A model generated the notes under the pieces. That model was not told the DNA's origin. It saw only the letters and a list, made by a program, of their open reading frames with translations, and made no database searches. The translations under genes and the position numbers were made by a program. From positions 64,001-128,000 of IMG/VR virus record IMGVR_UViG_3300036861_000610: DNA of 64,000 nucleotides; one strand, written 5' to 3'. The DNA comes from a virus. The first letter of the stretch is position 1. Every line of letters begins with the position of its first letter. Shown here piece after piece: positions 9,801 to 21,800 of this stretch.

Positions 9801-12800
9801 CTTATCAATGCCCGCCGGGAGCGGGCGGCGGCCAAGGCCGCCAAGGCAGCCGCTCCAGCTAAGGCCGCAAAGGCTCCGGCGAAGAAGGCCGTCACGGCGC
9901 TCGCCGAGCCCAAGAAGCCAATGGCTGGCTACCGCGACACCGGTGAAATTGTTCCGGAGGCAAACCGCGAAGGGCTGCACGTTTCGCCGCAGAAGTGGGG
10001 CGGCTACGGCGTCTACGACGGCAAGCAAAGTCGCGTCGAGGCCGACTACAAGACCGAGGCCACGGCACGGCGCCGAGTTCGGGAGCTGCAGGCTGGCGAC
10101 ACCGTCAAGGCCATCATCCCCAAGGAGCGCACCGCCCGACAGAAGGCCGCAGACAAGAAGGAAGCCGACCGCCAAAACGCTTTGGCACGGGCGGCTGGGC
10201 GCGGACCTGAGGTTGAGGCTCCCGCTGCGAAGAAGGCTCCAGCCAAGGCCATCAAGAAGTCCGCGCCAGAAAAGGTGACGCCGGCCAAGGCGACCAAAGT
10301 CGCCAAGGCCGCACCAGCCAAGGAGGCTGTCGCCAAAACTGTTCCCGAAAAGGCGACAGTTGCCAAGGCAGCGCCAGGGAAGCCGGTCATTAAGCGGGCC
10401 AGCAAGAAGGCCACGGCCACCCGCGGAATCACCGAGGCGGAGAAGAAGGCCCCGCCGGCAAAGGTTGGCGCCGCACGCCCCGAAGCGGCTGCCGCCACCG
10501 TCCGGCCCGTGGACTCGTGGAGCCCCGGCGACGGCATGGACACGTCGTTGTACCTGTCGCTGCAGCAATCGCTCGGTAAGGCGAAGCTGGGGAACCTCAA
10601 CACCCTGGATCGGGAGACTCGCGTCTCTGCTCGACACCAGAACGTTCCGGCTGCCTACCAGGCCCTGCGGGCAGACCTGGCCGGCAGCCCCGACCTGCAG
10701 AGCCGCCTGGACCGTTGGTACCGCGGCACATTCAAGCCGGCAGGCAAGGGTGACGATCTCACCAGGCCCCGGATGCGGCCTGCCGTCAAGGCGGCAGAAG
10801 CAACCAAGGCGACCCGGACGCCGCGCAAGGTGGTGCCGTCGACCCCGGCTGCCGACGCGAAGATCCGTGCCACGCTTGCCAAGCTGAAGCCGCAGGGCAA
10901 GGAAGACGTCCTGGCCAGCATGACTCCCGAGCAGCGTAAGGCTGTGGAGGAAGCAGTTGATCGCGCTGATGCTCGGCTGGCCGCCCGTAAGGCGACCAAG
11001 GCCGCCAAGGCTGTAGCGCCGGAGGTTTCGACACCGACCGCGGCGAAGAAAACCGCTACGGCCAAGAAGGTTGCCAAGGCCGCGCCGGAGAAGCCGACCG
11101 TTAAGAGGGCGGCCAAGAAGGTCGCGGCGCAGGCCGAAGCCCCTGCCGCCGCGCCTGCCAAGAAGGCCGCGCGCCCGCTCATCAAGCGGCAGGGCAAGGC
11201 TGTCACCGCGGCGGAGGCTCGCAAGGAGTCGGCGCTGGAAGCGGTGCGCGGCCACGACATGGGCCGGCGCACCGACAATGAGACCCTCGGCCAGTACCGC
11301 GTCATCGAGCGGAACCTGCAGAGCGGTGACTACACCCCAGTCCAGGCGAAGGGTGCCGCTCGGCGTGAGGCGCAATTGTGGCGCCGGCAGGCGCGCGCCA
11401 TTGAGGCTGATAAGGGTCTCAGTGCAGATGAGAAGCTGACAGGCCGTTCCCGGGCATTGTCGGCTGGCGAAAACTACGACAAGCTGGCTGATGCCATCGC
11501 CGAGTCGCAGACCCGGGATCGGATTGAGGCTAAGCGGTTTGGTGAGGCGCCGGCTGCTGCACCCAGCAAGCGGGTCGCGAAGGCCGCGCCAACGAAGGCA
11601 GCTGCTAAGGCCGCGCCGGAGAAGCCGGTCATCAAGCGGGCCGCCAAGAAGACTGCACCGGAAGCCCCGCTCACTGACCGGGAGGCCAGGGCAGCACAGC
11701 GGGCCGGAAGAACACCTGCGCCAGAGACCGCGAAGCAGAAGGCCGCAAAGGCTGAGATTGCCCGTAAGGCCAAGGCCACCCAGGCCCGTATCGAAGCTGA
11801 ACGTAAGGCTGACGACAAGGCCCACGCCGCGTTCTTCCGGCCGATCCTCAAGGATGCTGGGGTCAAGGATTCGGAGCTGTCTGACCTGGACCGCACTGGC
11901 CTGCGGGTGGTTGGCGACAAGCTGCGCGACGGGAAGATCAGCAAGGCCACTGCAGCGCGACGGCTGCGGACTGACCGTGAGGATTCGCCGCTTAACAAGA
12001 TTGCTGACGCGATCGAGGCCAAGCCGCGTAAGGCTGCGGTCAAGAAGGCTGCACCCGAAGCCCCGACCAAGGCAGCGAAGGCCCCCGCTAAGGCGGTCAA
12101 GAAAACCGTTCCGGCCACGGCAACAGCCGAGAAGAAGCCGACCATTACTCGACGAGTGAAGAAGGTCGCACCCGCCGAAGCCCCGGCCGCCAAGAAGGCT
12201 GAGACACCAGCCAAGAAGGTGGCCGCTCCGACTAAGGCAGCGACTAAGACCGTTCCCGCCAAGAAGGCCGCACCGATCAAGAAGACGGCCACCAAGGCGG
12301 CGCCGGCCAAGGCTACAGCCAAACTGACCCGTAAGCCCACGGATGTCGACCAAAAGACCATCGACTCCCTGAACAACGACCAGATCAGCCAGATTAACGA
12401 CCTGAGCCCCGACAGTCAGGACGCGTACTGGGCCCGCCGCAACCGCGGCATCGGCCACGACAGCGCTTGGCGGTCGGTGCCCAAGGGTGACATTGAGGCT
12501 CTGCGCCGACCCAGCCAGCCGGGACGAGAAGGTGAGGCACGGCCGGTCGGCAACGCCGAGTCGGTTGAGGCCCTGCGTCGACCAACCATCACCCGCAGTG
12601 GTACCGGCAGTCGCCGCCTCACCGAGGACGAGAAGGACGACGTTCTTCGGCAGGCGGCAGACGCCAAGACCGCCAACCCGAACTGGCCTGTCACTCGGGA
12701 AGATCGAGACTTGGCCCGGGAGGCCGCCGAAATCCAAGAGGCTCGTGCCTCCACCGGTCGGGCAGTAAAGGCCACCAAGAAGGTGGCCCCGAAGGAGGTT

Positions 12801-15800
12801 GTCAAGAAGGTCGCCCCGAACGTCATTAAAACGCGGGAGCGTCGGGCCAAGCAGTACGACGAGGCCGTTGGTGACGTTCCCGGCGAGAGGGGCGGCTTAC
12901 TGCGCAGCACCAAGAAGGCCCTCGCAGAAGGTGAGCCGGCCGCCACGGCTAAGGACCGACTCAGCAAGCGGGCCGAAAGCCTCCGGACTCAGGCTGAACT
13001 GCTGCGCGAAAAGGGCGACAGTGACTTCGTCGGAGACGAGATCACCAAGCTGGAGCGCGACGCTGACACCTACCAGCGGGCTGCGGATCTGGCCGGCAAG
13101 AAGGTTCCCACGATCAAGAAGGCCGTCAAGCCTGGCGAAAAGGTCGCTGTCAAGGATCTGACGGACGGCGACGTTGCCATCCTCGACGGGAAGAGGGGCA
13201 CGTTCCGGCAGCCGAGGCCGCGCACCACGTTCATTGAGTTCCCTGACGGCAGTCAGGAGAAGGTGCAGAAGTCCCGCCTCGCACAAATGGTGCGGGACAA
13301 GAAGCTGCAGCTTCTTGGCGGGGATCACCGGGCCAACGCCCCAGAAGGTGGAGCACCTGAAGCTCCAGCCGCGAAGAAGGCCCGGCCGAGCATCAAGCGG
13401 GCGCCAGCTACCGCAGCAGCAGACGCGCCCGGCAACGCCCGGGACCGTAAGCGCCTAGACGCTACTGGCAACCGCGATGCGGTGAAGGCGCGCGCCGACG
13501 AACTGGTCCAGGACGGCAAGACATCGCCGGCCGCATGGCGTCAGGCATTGGATGAGGCAGAGGCGCCGGAGGAGCGTTCTACCCGCCGTCGCCTGACTGG
13601 CCCTGTCGGCGGCGAAGGCAATGTCGACACGAGCCTGGAGTCTCGGCGTGCCCGACGGGCCGTGAGCCGTGGCGTTACTACACCTGGCGGCGAGTCGCAG
13701 GTTGTGCCGCTCAAGCGGGCAGCGAAGAAGGCTACACCTGAGGCAGCCGCACCGGAGAAGCCAGTTATCGAGCGGGCCGCCAAGAAGGTGGCGGCGCCTG
13801 AAGTTGCAGAGCTGGCGAAGGCAACGAAGGCCGCGGCGGCCAAGAAGAGCGTCAAGAAGGCGACCCCTGAGGCGCCGACCAAGGCCGTCAAGAAGGCTGT
13901 GCCGGCGAAGAAGGCGGCACCTGAAGCTCCCGCCGCAGCCAAGAAGGCGCCAGCTAAGGCCATCAAGAAGGCCGCTCCAGAGAAGCCGGTCATCAAACGG
14001 GCAGCGAAGAAGGTCGCCGCCGCTCCGGCCCCGGTCAAAGCAGTCCCGGCCAAGAGGGCACCGATCAAGAAGGCGGCACCGGAGACACCGGCCGCAGCAG
14101 CCGAACGTCGCCTCACGCCACGGCTCAGTGAACTGCAGCAGCGTCAGGTCGAGGGCATGTCCCCGGCCGGTGCCCGTAAGTATTGGGAACGTCGGGCCGA
14201 AGGCAACGACCACGCTGACGCCGTTGCTGGCATCCCGCACCGTCGCCCCATTGGCACACGTAGCGGACCGCTTGCAGGACCGGCCCGGTCCCACGACGCG
14301 CACACCCAGCGCGCTATGGAAGGCCTCGACAAGTTCCAGTCCTCCCTGTCGGAGCCGCAGGCTGCACAGCTAGACGAGACGCTGGGCCTACACAAGACCG
14401 CAGCGGCACGCCGCAAGGCGAAGTTGGACTACTGGGCCAATCGAGGAGCCGGCGATAGCCACACTGCCGCTTTGAAGAAGGTCACGCCAGAAGGGGCTGA
14501 TACACCGAAGGCCGTCCGGCCAACCATTACCCGGGCCGCCGCCAAGAAGGCAGAGGCCGGACCGCCGTCGCGTAAGGCTGTGTCCGAGCTGCGGGCCAGT
14601 GAGCGCAATGCCAAGTACGGACCCGACGGTCCGAGCCACATCGACCTCAGCCGGGTCGGCGAGGGCATCGACCTGGGCGACGACCAGTCGATTCTGGATG
14701 AGGCGCAGGCGAAGCTGAACCGCGGCGAGACTCCGCGCATGGTTGCCAAGGGTCTGGACGACCACGCCAACGGCATCCTCACCCACGGCATCTACGTGCA
14801 CGGCGCGTACCAGGCCCGCGAGAAGACAGGCATTCCCGAGATTGATGCGGGTAAGCCAGCGCGCGCAGCCGAAAACGAAGCCGAGCTGAAGAAGTACCGG
14901 GACCGCAGCGACCGGCTCAAGGAGTTGGCCGAGAAGCTGCGCGGCACCCGGCGCCCGGTCGCCCGTAAGGCAACCACGGCAGCCCCAGCCAAGGCGGCCA
15001 AGGCGGCTCCGATCAAGGCTGCACCCACGAAGAGGGTGGCAGGGCAGCGGCGCGTTTCGCCATGGGATCCGATTCCCGTCTTCCGTGACGGCGGCGAGTC
15101 GGGTCTTCGGGACCGGTTGTCCGAACTGGACACCGAACAGCTCAAGGACATGATCGCTGCCGGCGGCATGGACAGTTCTGGGCTGGCGGCTAAGTGGCGC
15201 AGCCGGGACCGGCTCACAAACTTGATCGTTGACCGGGTTCAAGGTCGGGCGACGAAGGGTCGGGCGTTCCGCCCCGAGCCGGCCACCAAGGTTGCCAAGG
15301 CCCCGGCCCGCAGTATCAAGAAGGCCACTCCTGCCGTCGCGGAAACGCCTGCAGTGAAGAAGGCCGTGAAGGCGGTCAAGAAGACGGCAGCAGAGGTCGC
15401 ACCTGAGGCGCCGGCCAAGAAGACGGCCGCCGCGAAGAAGGCCGCCAGGAAGACCATTCCCGAGAAGTTGCCTACCGGTGCAGCGGACCTGGTTCGTCTC
15501 GGCAAGGAGCACGGCATCCTTGGTGCCGACGAGCTGAGCCCCGAGGCGCTGCGCGACGCTCTGACGGCTAAGCGCAAGGACCCGAACCTGGTCCCGATCG
15601 CCTCGGAGCTGATCCCGCAGGAGATCCGTGACGCGTCGCCAGAAAAGCTCCGTGCCATCGCCAAGGTGGGCGGCTTCGAGCTGGAAGGCGACACAGCTGA
15701 CGAACTGCGCCTGGACCTGATCCGCAAGGCCATCACCAGCGCGGCGCGGGAGCGGCTGGAGGGCCGGTCTGCGAGGAAGAAGGCCGCGCCGGCCAAGGCC

Positions 15801-18800
15801 ATCAAGAAGGCCACTCCGACCAAGGCGCCAGCCAAGGCGGCCACTAAGGCAGTACCGGCGGCCAAGAAGGTGGCAGCCAAGGCTGTCGAGAAGCCGGTCA
15901 TCAAGCGGGCAGCGAAGAAGGTCACTCCACCGGAGGAGCGGTCACGGATCCGTACCGCCGCGCCGGAGACCAAGAACGCCATGGATGTCAACGTTGGTGA
16001 CGTCATCCGCCTGCCGCAAGACCAGAGGCTCCGCGAGCCAGGCGAGGTTGTCCGGGTTCAGCGCATGGGTCGCATCGTCCGGATCACCCGCGACGACGGC
16101 AAGGTTGCCCAGCTGCTGCCGCGGTCCAAGGTGGAACTGGCCGAGCTGCCCAACAACCAGGACAGGGTTGCCCGTCGCGCCGGGCTGCCAACGTCGGAGG
16201 AGCGGGCGGTCCGTCGGGCTACTCCCGAGGGACCGGCCACACCTGCGAAGAAGACGGCTACGGCTCCAGCGAAGAAGGCTGCCGCAGCACCTACAAAGAA
16301 GGCCGCGCCGGCCAAGGCCACTCCGGTGGCAGCAAAGAAGGCCACCGCCCCCGCCAAGGCTGCACCGACCAAGGCTGCACCAGCCAAGAAGGTGGCTGCC
16401 AAGAAGGCCGTTGAGCCGGCCGAGAAGTTCCTGCCGCCACTGGCCGACGGTACGCAACGCAAGAGCCTGACCAACGTCAAGGTCGGCGACACCATCCGCG
16501 TGGGCAACAACCCAGGCGACCTGGGCGTTCCGCAACGCGTGACCAAGGTCGAGCGCGACGGCAACGACGTCAAGATCACCCGGGCCGACGGCTCGGTCAT
16601 GCGGGGCAGCCCCAACACCGCCGTGTGGATGGGTGACACCCTGCGTCCAGGCGAGCGGTCGGGATCCAAGGCCACCAGGCCAACAATCACCCGGGCGGCC
16701 AAGAAAGCGGCGCCTGAGGCTGGGGCCCCTGAAGCGACACCGGCGAAGAAGGCCATCCGCAAGGCAACGCCAGCTAAGACCACGGCCGCCCGCAAGGAGT
16801 TGGACGAGAACCAGGTCGGTTCGACTCCGGCGCGGAACATGGTCAAGGACGCCAACCGAGACCTGAGTCGAGGCGACAGTCGCCAGGAGGTCGCTGACCG
16901 TCTGCGTGGCAACGCGGAAGAGCTGCGCAGCGGTGACCCGTTGACCAGTTCCGACATGCCGGACCGGATTGACCGCAGCGACGCAGACATGCGAGAAATC
17001 GCACTGATTGACGCTCGTCGCCTGGACTCCTTGGCTGATGATGTCGAGCGTGGACCTGCCGCGCCGGCCAAGAAGACAATCCGCAAGGCGCCGGCTAAGA
17101 AGGCAACCGCAACGCCCACAGGCACCAAGTCCAGTCCTGAACTGGACACCATGCAGCGCGACCGCGAGCGGCTCAACAACCGGATCCGGCGCTACGAGAA
17201 CAAGCGCAACACCGAGGGCGAGCCTGGCTCGGTGGAGAAGCGCCTGATCGGTGAGCGCGACGCCCTCGACACCAAGATCCTGGCCGAGAAGGAACGTCTC
17301 AACCCTGACGGTCTGGAGCGGGTCGAAGGGCGTGAACTGTACGACCTGGCCCGGACCAATGACGTCTCCACCTTCCTGACCCCGGACATGGTCCGGGACG
17401 AGCTGCGGAAGAAGGGCATCAAGGCTCCGGCTAAGAAGGCCGGAGTGCGGAAGGTTTCGGCCGCGAAGAAGGCCGCACCTGAGGCACCCGAGGCTCCGGC
17501 TGCGAAGAAGGCGCGGCCGACTATCACCCGGGCGGCCGACCGGAAGGCATTCCCTGAAGCGCCAGGCAACCTGAAGGACAAGCGCCGCCTCGACAACGTC
17601 AAGGACGACGACAAGGCCGCCGTCCGCACCCGGGCGACCGAGCTGCGCGACAACGACAAGAAGACGCCGGCCGCCGCCTGGAAGCAGGCCCTGGATGAGC
17701 ACGAGGCCGAGAAGGCTCGCCGTGACATGGAGGTGCTGCAGCGCGGCGGCTACCGCGACGACGGACAGGTGCCGGCGAAGAAGACAGCAGCCACGAAGAG
17801 GGCTCCGGCGAAGGTTATTCAGTTGGCCCCGAAGTCCACGCCGACTGACGAGAACGACAAAATCGGCCAGGTCATCGATGACCTCAACGCCAAGAAGATC
17901 ACCAAGAAAACGGCCGTCAAGCGTCTGCGGGACGAAGGCACCATCGAAGCCAACGACTTGGCAGATGGCCTCGAAGGTAAGGAGATCGGGGCCGGCCGGG
18001 CCGCTAAGGCGGCGGCGAAGGCTGCAAAGAAGGCAACACCGAAGGCTGCCACCGCGGTTCCCTACTCACGAGTCCAGACAGGCGACAAGGCCAGCTGGAC
18101 CGACGCTGACGGCAACAAGGTCTCCGGCACTGTGCAGCGGATGCCACGCGGCGTCTGGGTGGACTGGGAAAGCGGCCGACGGGAGCGCATCAGCTCCCGG
18201 CCGGGCCACAACGGGGTCACTTTTGAGCGCGGCAATGCGCCAGAGAAGCCGGTCATTAAGCGGGCCACCAAGGCAGCAGCCCCGACCAAGGCCGCACCAG
18301 AGAGGCCGGTCATCAAGCGTGCGACCAAGAAAGCGGCACCTGAGGCACCGACGCCGGCAGCCGAGGCTGAGCGCAAACTCAGCCCTCGTCTACTTCCAGG
18401 GCAGCGCCGTCAACTGGAGGCCATGACCCCGGCCGACCGGGAGAAGTACTGGGCACGTCGCGCCGACGGTGCGAACCACGCGGACGCGATTGGCGGCGAC
18501 GCCAGGGCGCAGCGGGCCCTTGACGGCAAAGAGCGTTTCGAGGCTCGCCTTAACGACCGGCAAAAGGGCCAGGTAAACGACTTGCCCTCGGAGGAGCAGA
18601 CCGACTACTGGAACCACCGCGAGTCTGGCGACAGTCACACCGCGGCCTTCCGTAAGGTGTCGATGGCCAGGCGGGCCGGCGCGGCCGAGAAGTCCACGCC
18701 GGCTGCCGCCAAGAAAGCTGAGCCGGCGGCCGTCGCCAAGAAGACCCCTGCGAAGCCGACCATCACCCGGGCAGCGAAGAAAACGGCCGCCCCCGAAGCC

Positions 18801-21800
18801 CCGGTCAAGGCGACGAAGGCAGCCGAGGCGCCAGCGGCACCGGCACGGAGCCGGACCAAGTTCACCCCGTCGCAGGTGGAGCTGCTGCGTCGAATCGAAA
18901 AAGGCCACATCGACGCGGATGCTGACCTGAGTACTCAGGAGAAGCGTGACCTGAACCGGCTGAGCCGTCACGGCCTGGTCCGTACCGACATGGTCCAAAA
19001 GGGCCAGAAGAAGGTGGCCCGCAACACCATCAGTGCCGACGGCCGCGACGAGTTGAAGAAGATCGACGCCCCTGCCCCGGCGAAGAAAACAGCCGCCAAG
19101 ACGGCAGCTAAGGCGACTCCCGAGGCTCCCGCCAAGAAGGCTGCCGCTCCGGCCAAGAAGGCTGCGACCCCGGCGAAGAAGGCCACCACTCCAACCACGC
19201 CAGTCAAGACGGCAACTAGCAAGGTCACTGAACCTACAGACGCCGCCACCACGGCCCGGGACCGGCTGGCCGGCCGCCAGAAGGAAGCCCGCATCCGTAA
19301 GGCGACCGGCGCTGTGGACCTGGCGGCCAACATGCTCAACGCCGCGGAGGCATTCCGCAACGGCGACAACCCGGACGGCTTCAAGCGCACTGTTCGCCAG
19401 GATCTTCAGGGCAAGACTCCTGGTGACTTGAAGAATCCGCGCGACACCCACGCAGCTGGCTGGGAAGCCTTGAAGAAGGCAATGGGTCCAGAAAGCGAGT
19501 GGGACACCCCCGAGAAGCTCGACGTACGCCTCCGTTCTGCGCTTCAGGACATGGGCATTCGAGTCGACAACAACTACGGTGACCGGCTGACCTTTGACCC
19601 GGACACAATGAACGCGTTCGACGGGGCCAACATCGGCCCAGGGGACGAAGTCACCGTCGTCAGACCTGGCCTGTCCTACCGGGACAAGGACGGAACGCTG
19701 CACGTCCTGCGTCCGCCGACGGTCACTCGGCGGAGGGGGGGAGATACAGACACCGGCCCTTTAGCTCCTGACGGCGGGCCGCCGCCCCGCAAGGCCGTTC
19801 CGGCTACGTCGCGCCCAAGGATTCACAACGGATCCGCGAGGTATGACCAGGATGGGAACCTCGTCGGGAGCACATCCAAAGGGGCCCAGTTCCGTCTCGA
19901 CCAGATCATTGACGTCAATGACCCAGATTTCCCTGACGACGGGATCCCTGTCCGGGGTTTCAGGGCACATGGGTATGACGTCAAAGAGGGGCGCCTGACT
20001 CGGCACGACGGCGTCCTCTACCTCACCGAGGAAGGGGACGGGCCGAAAGACAAGGAGCACCGCGAGCGCACCTTGAAGCAGGTTCAGGAGTGGCAGGACA
20101 GTCTGCCAGAGAACGAGAAAAAGTACGTCAAGTCCATCTCCTCCTTCAGCGGCAATAGCCCGGGGGACAGTTACTGGCAGCAGCGCCGTGGGCTACAGGA
20201 CATGGTGGCTTCCGCGAGCGCCGGCAACGGTGAAATCTCCATCTGGAGACACGGTGGGGACTACGGGCACGGCTCCAACCCGGCGACCCTCGACCATGAA
20301 CTTGGCCACCTGATTGACGACAGGTACCAGTACTCCGGCGATGGACGATGGGAACATGCGGGGCAGTCCGACAACATCGGACTCAAGGGTCGCGCCCCCG
20401 GCTTCAGCGGATTCAATCGCCTCAGCGATGAGGAAGCGGACACCGGCGGGAGGGACACCTACCGGTACGGCATCAGCAGGTATGGCACCAGTGACACCGG
20501 CGAGGACTTTGCGGAGGCGTATTCCGCCTACAAGCGTGGCTGGGTTGGCACCATCGACGACCCTGACAACCCGGGCCGTCGGCGGAAGGTCCACTTCCGC
20601 GAGCTGTACCCAGCTCGTGCCGCGATTTTCGATGGACTTTTCCCCGAGAGGGGAGTGGCGCAGCGGCGTGAGATCGCTGAATACATGGCCAGAGACCCGG
20701 ACCTTCGGGAGCTGACCGACTTCCACGAAGACTTCCTGGCTCAGGGCCTGTTGCACAAGAAGACCCTTCCTGAGCTGCGTGCCATCGCGAAGAAGGTCGG
20801 AAGGTCGAAGTACGGCGCCACTCGTGAAGGCTTGATGCGCCACATCCTGGAGGGCACGAGAGGCCCGCAGTACCGGCCGCGGTCAGGTATGTACGACACC
20901 TTGAAGCGGCTTGGCACCCGTGACGCGGCCCAGGAGCGGATGAAGGCCTACTCCCCGAGCCTGCTCCGGGAGCTGCTGCACGAGCTGGACGTGGAGAGCC
21001 CCGGCCGGCGCCGCAGCCGCGAAGAGAAGACCACCGCCATCCTGGACAAGCTGTACCCACAGGCTCCAGCCCCAGCGAAGAAGGCCGTCGCCAAGGAGGC
21101 GGCAGCCCCGGCGGCTAAGGCCGTGAAGAAGGCTGCCCCTGCAAAGCTGACGCCGGCTCGCCTGCGTCGCGCACAGCATGCCGCAGCAGAGGAGCTTGCC
21201 AAAACTGCAGCCGACCTTGAAGAGAACATCGACAAGGGCGCGTCGGACCGGGCGCTTCTGCAGTTGGTGCGGACGCGACTTGCCCGACTGAAGATCAAGG
21301 ATGTTGGCGACGAGTACGTCTGGCAGCGCCCAGGCGGCGACGTTCGCCTGGAGTCAGACCTAACCCCCACCGAGGATGCCGACATCCTCTCGGCCCGACG
21401 TCTTGCGGGATTGGGCCGTGCGGTGCAGCAGAACATCAACGACCGGTCGGCCATGCGGACAGCCATCCGGAAGAACCTGGCCGAACACGAGCTGACACCC
21501 ATTGGCGCGGCCGGCGACAAGGTTAAGTACGACCCAGCCATCCATCAGCCGATGCGATCACTGCCCAAGGGAACTGCGGTTCAGGTTGTGCACCCGGGAT
21601 ACCAGTGGCGCACACCTGAAGGTACGTCCGAAACTATCCTGCGACCACTGGTGATGGAGGCCCCGTCGCCACGGAAGGTCACGGGTGCCGCGAAGCCAAC
21701 GATCAAACGGGCCGCCAAGAAAGCTGCACCGTCGGCAAAGGCCGCCCCCGAGAAGCCAACGATCAAGCGGGCGGCCAAGAAAGCGGCTCCAACTGAAAGG

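Noticed and set aside
5270-19230. GCCAAGAAGGC repeats as a CRISPR or non-coding array
   Set aside because: In-frame, degenerate at third positions, with no constant repeat-spacer period.
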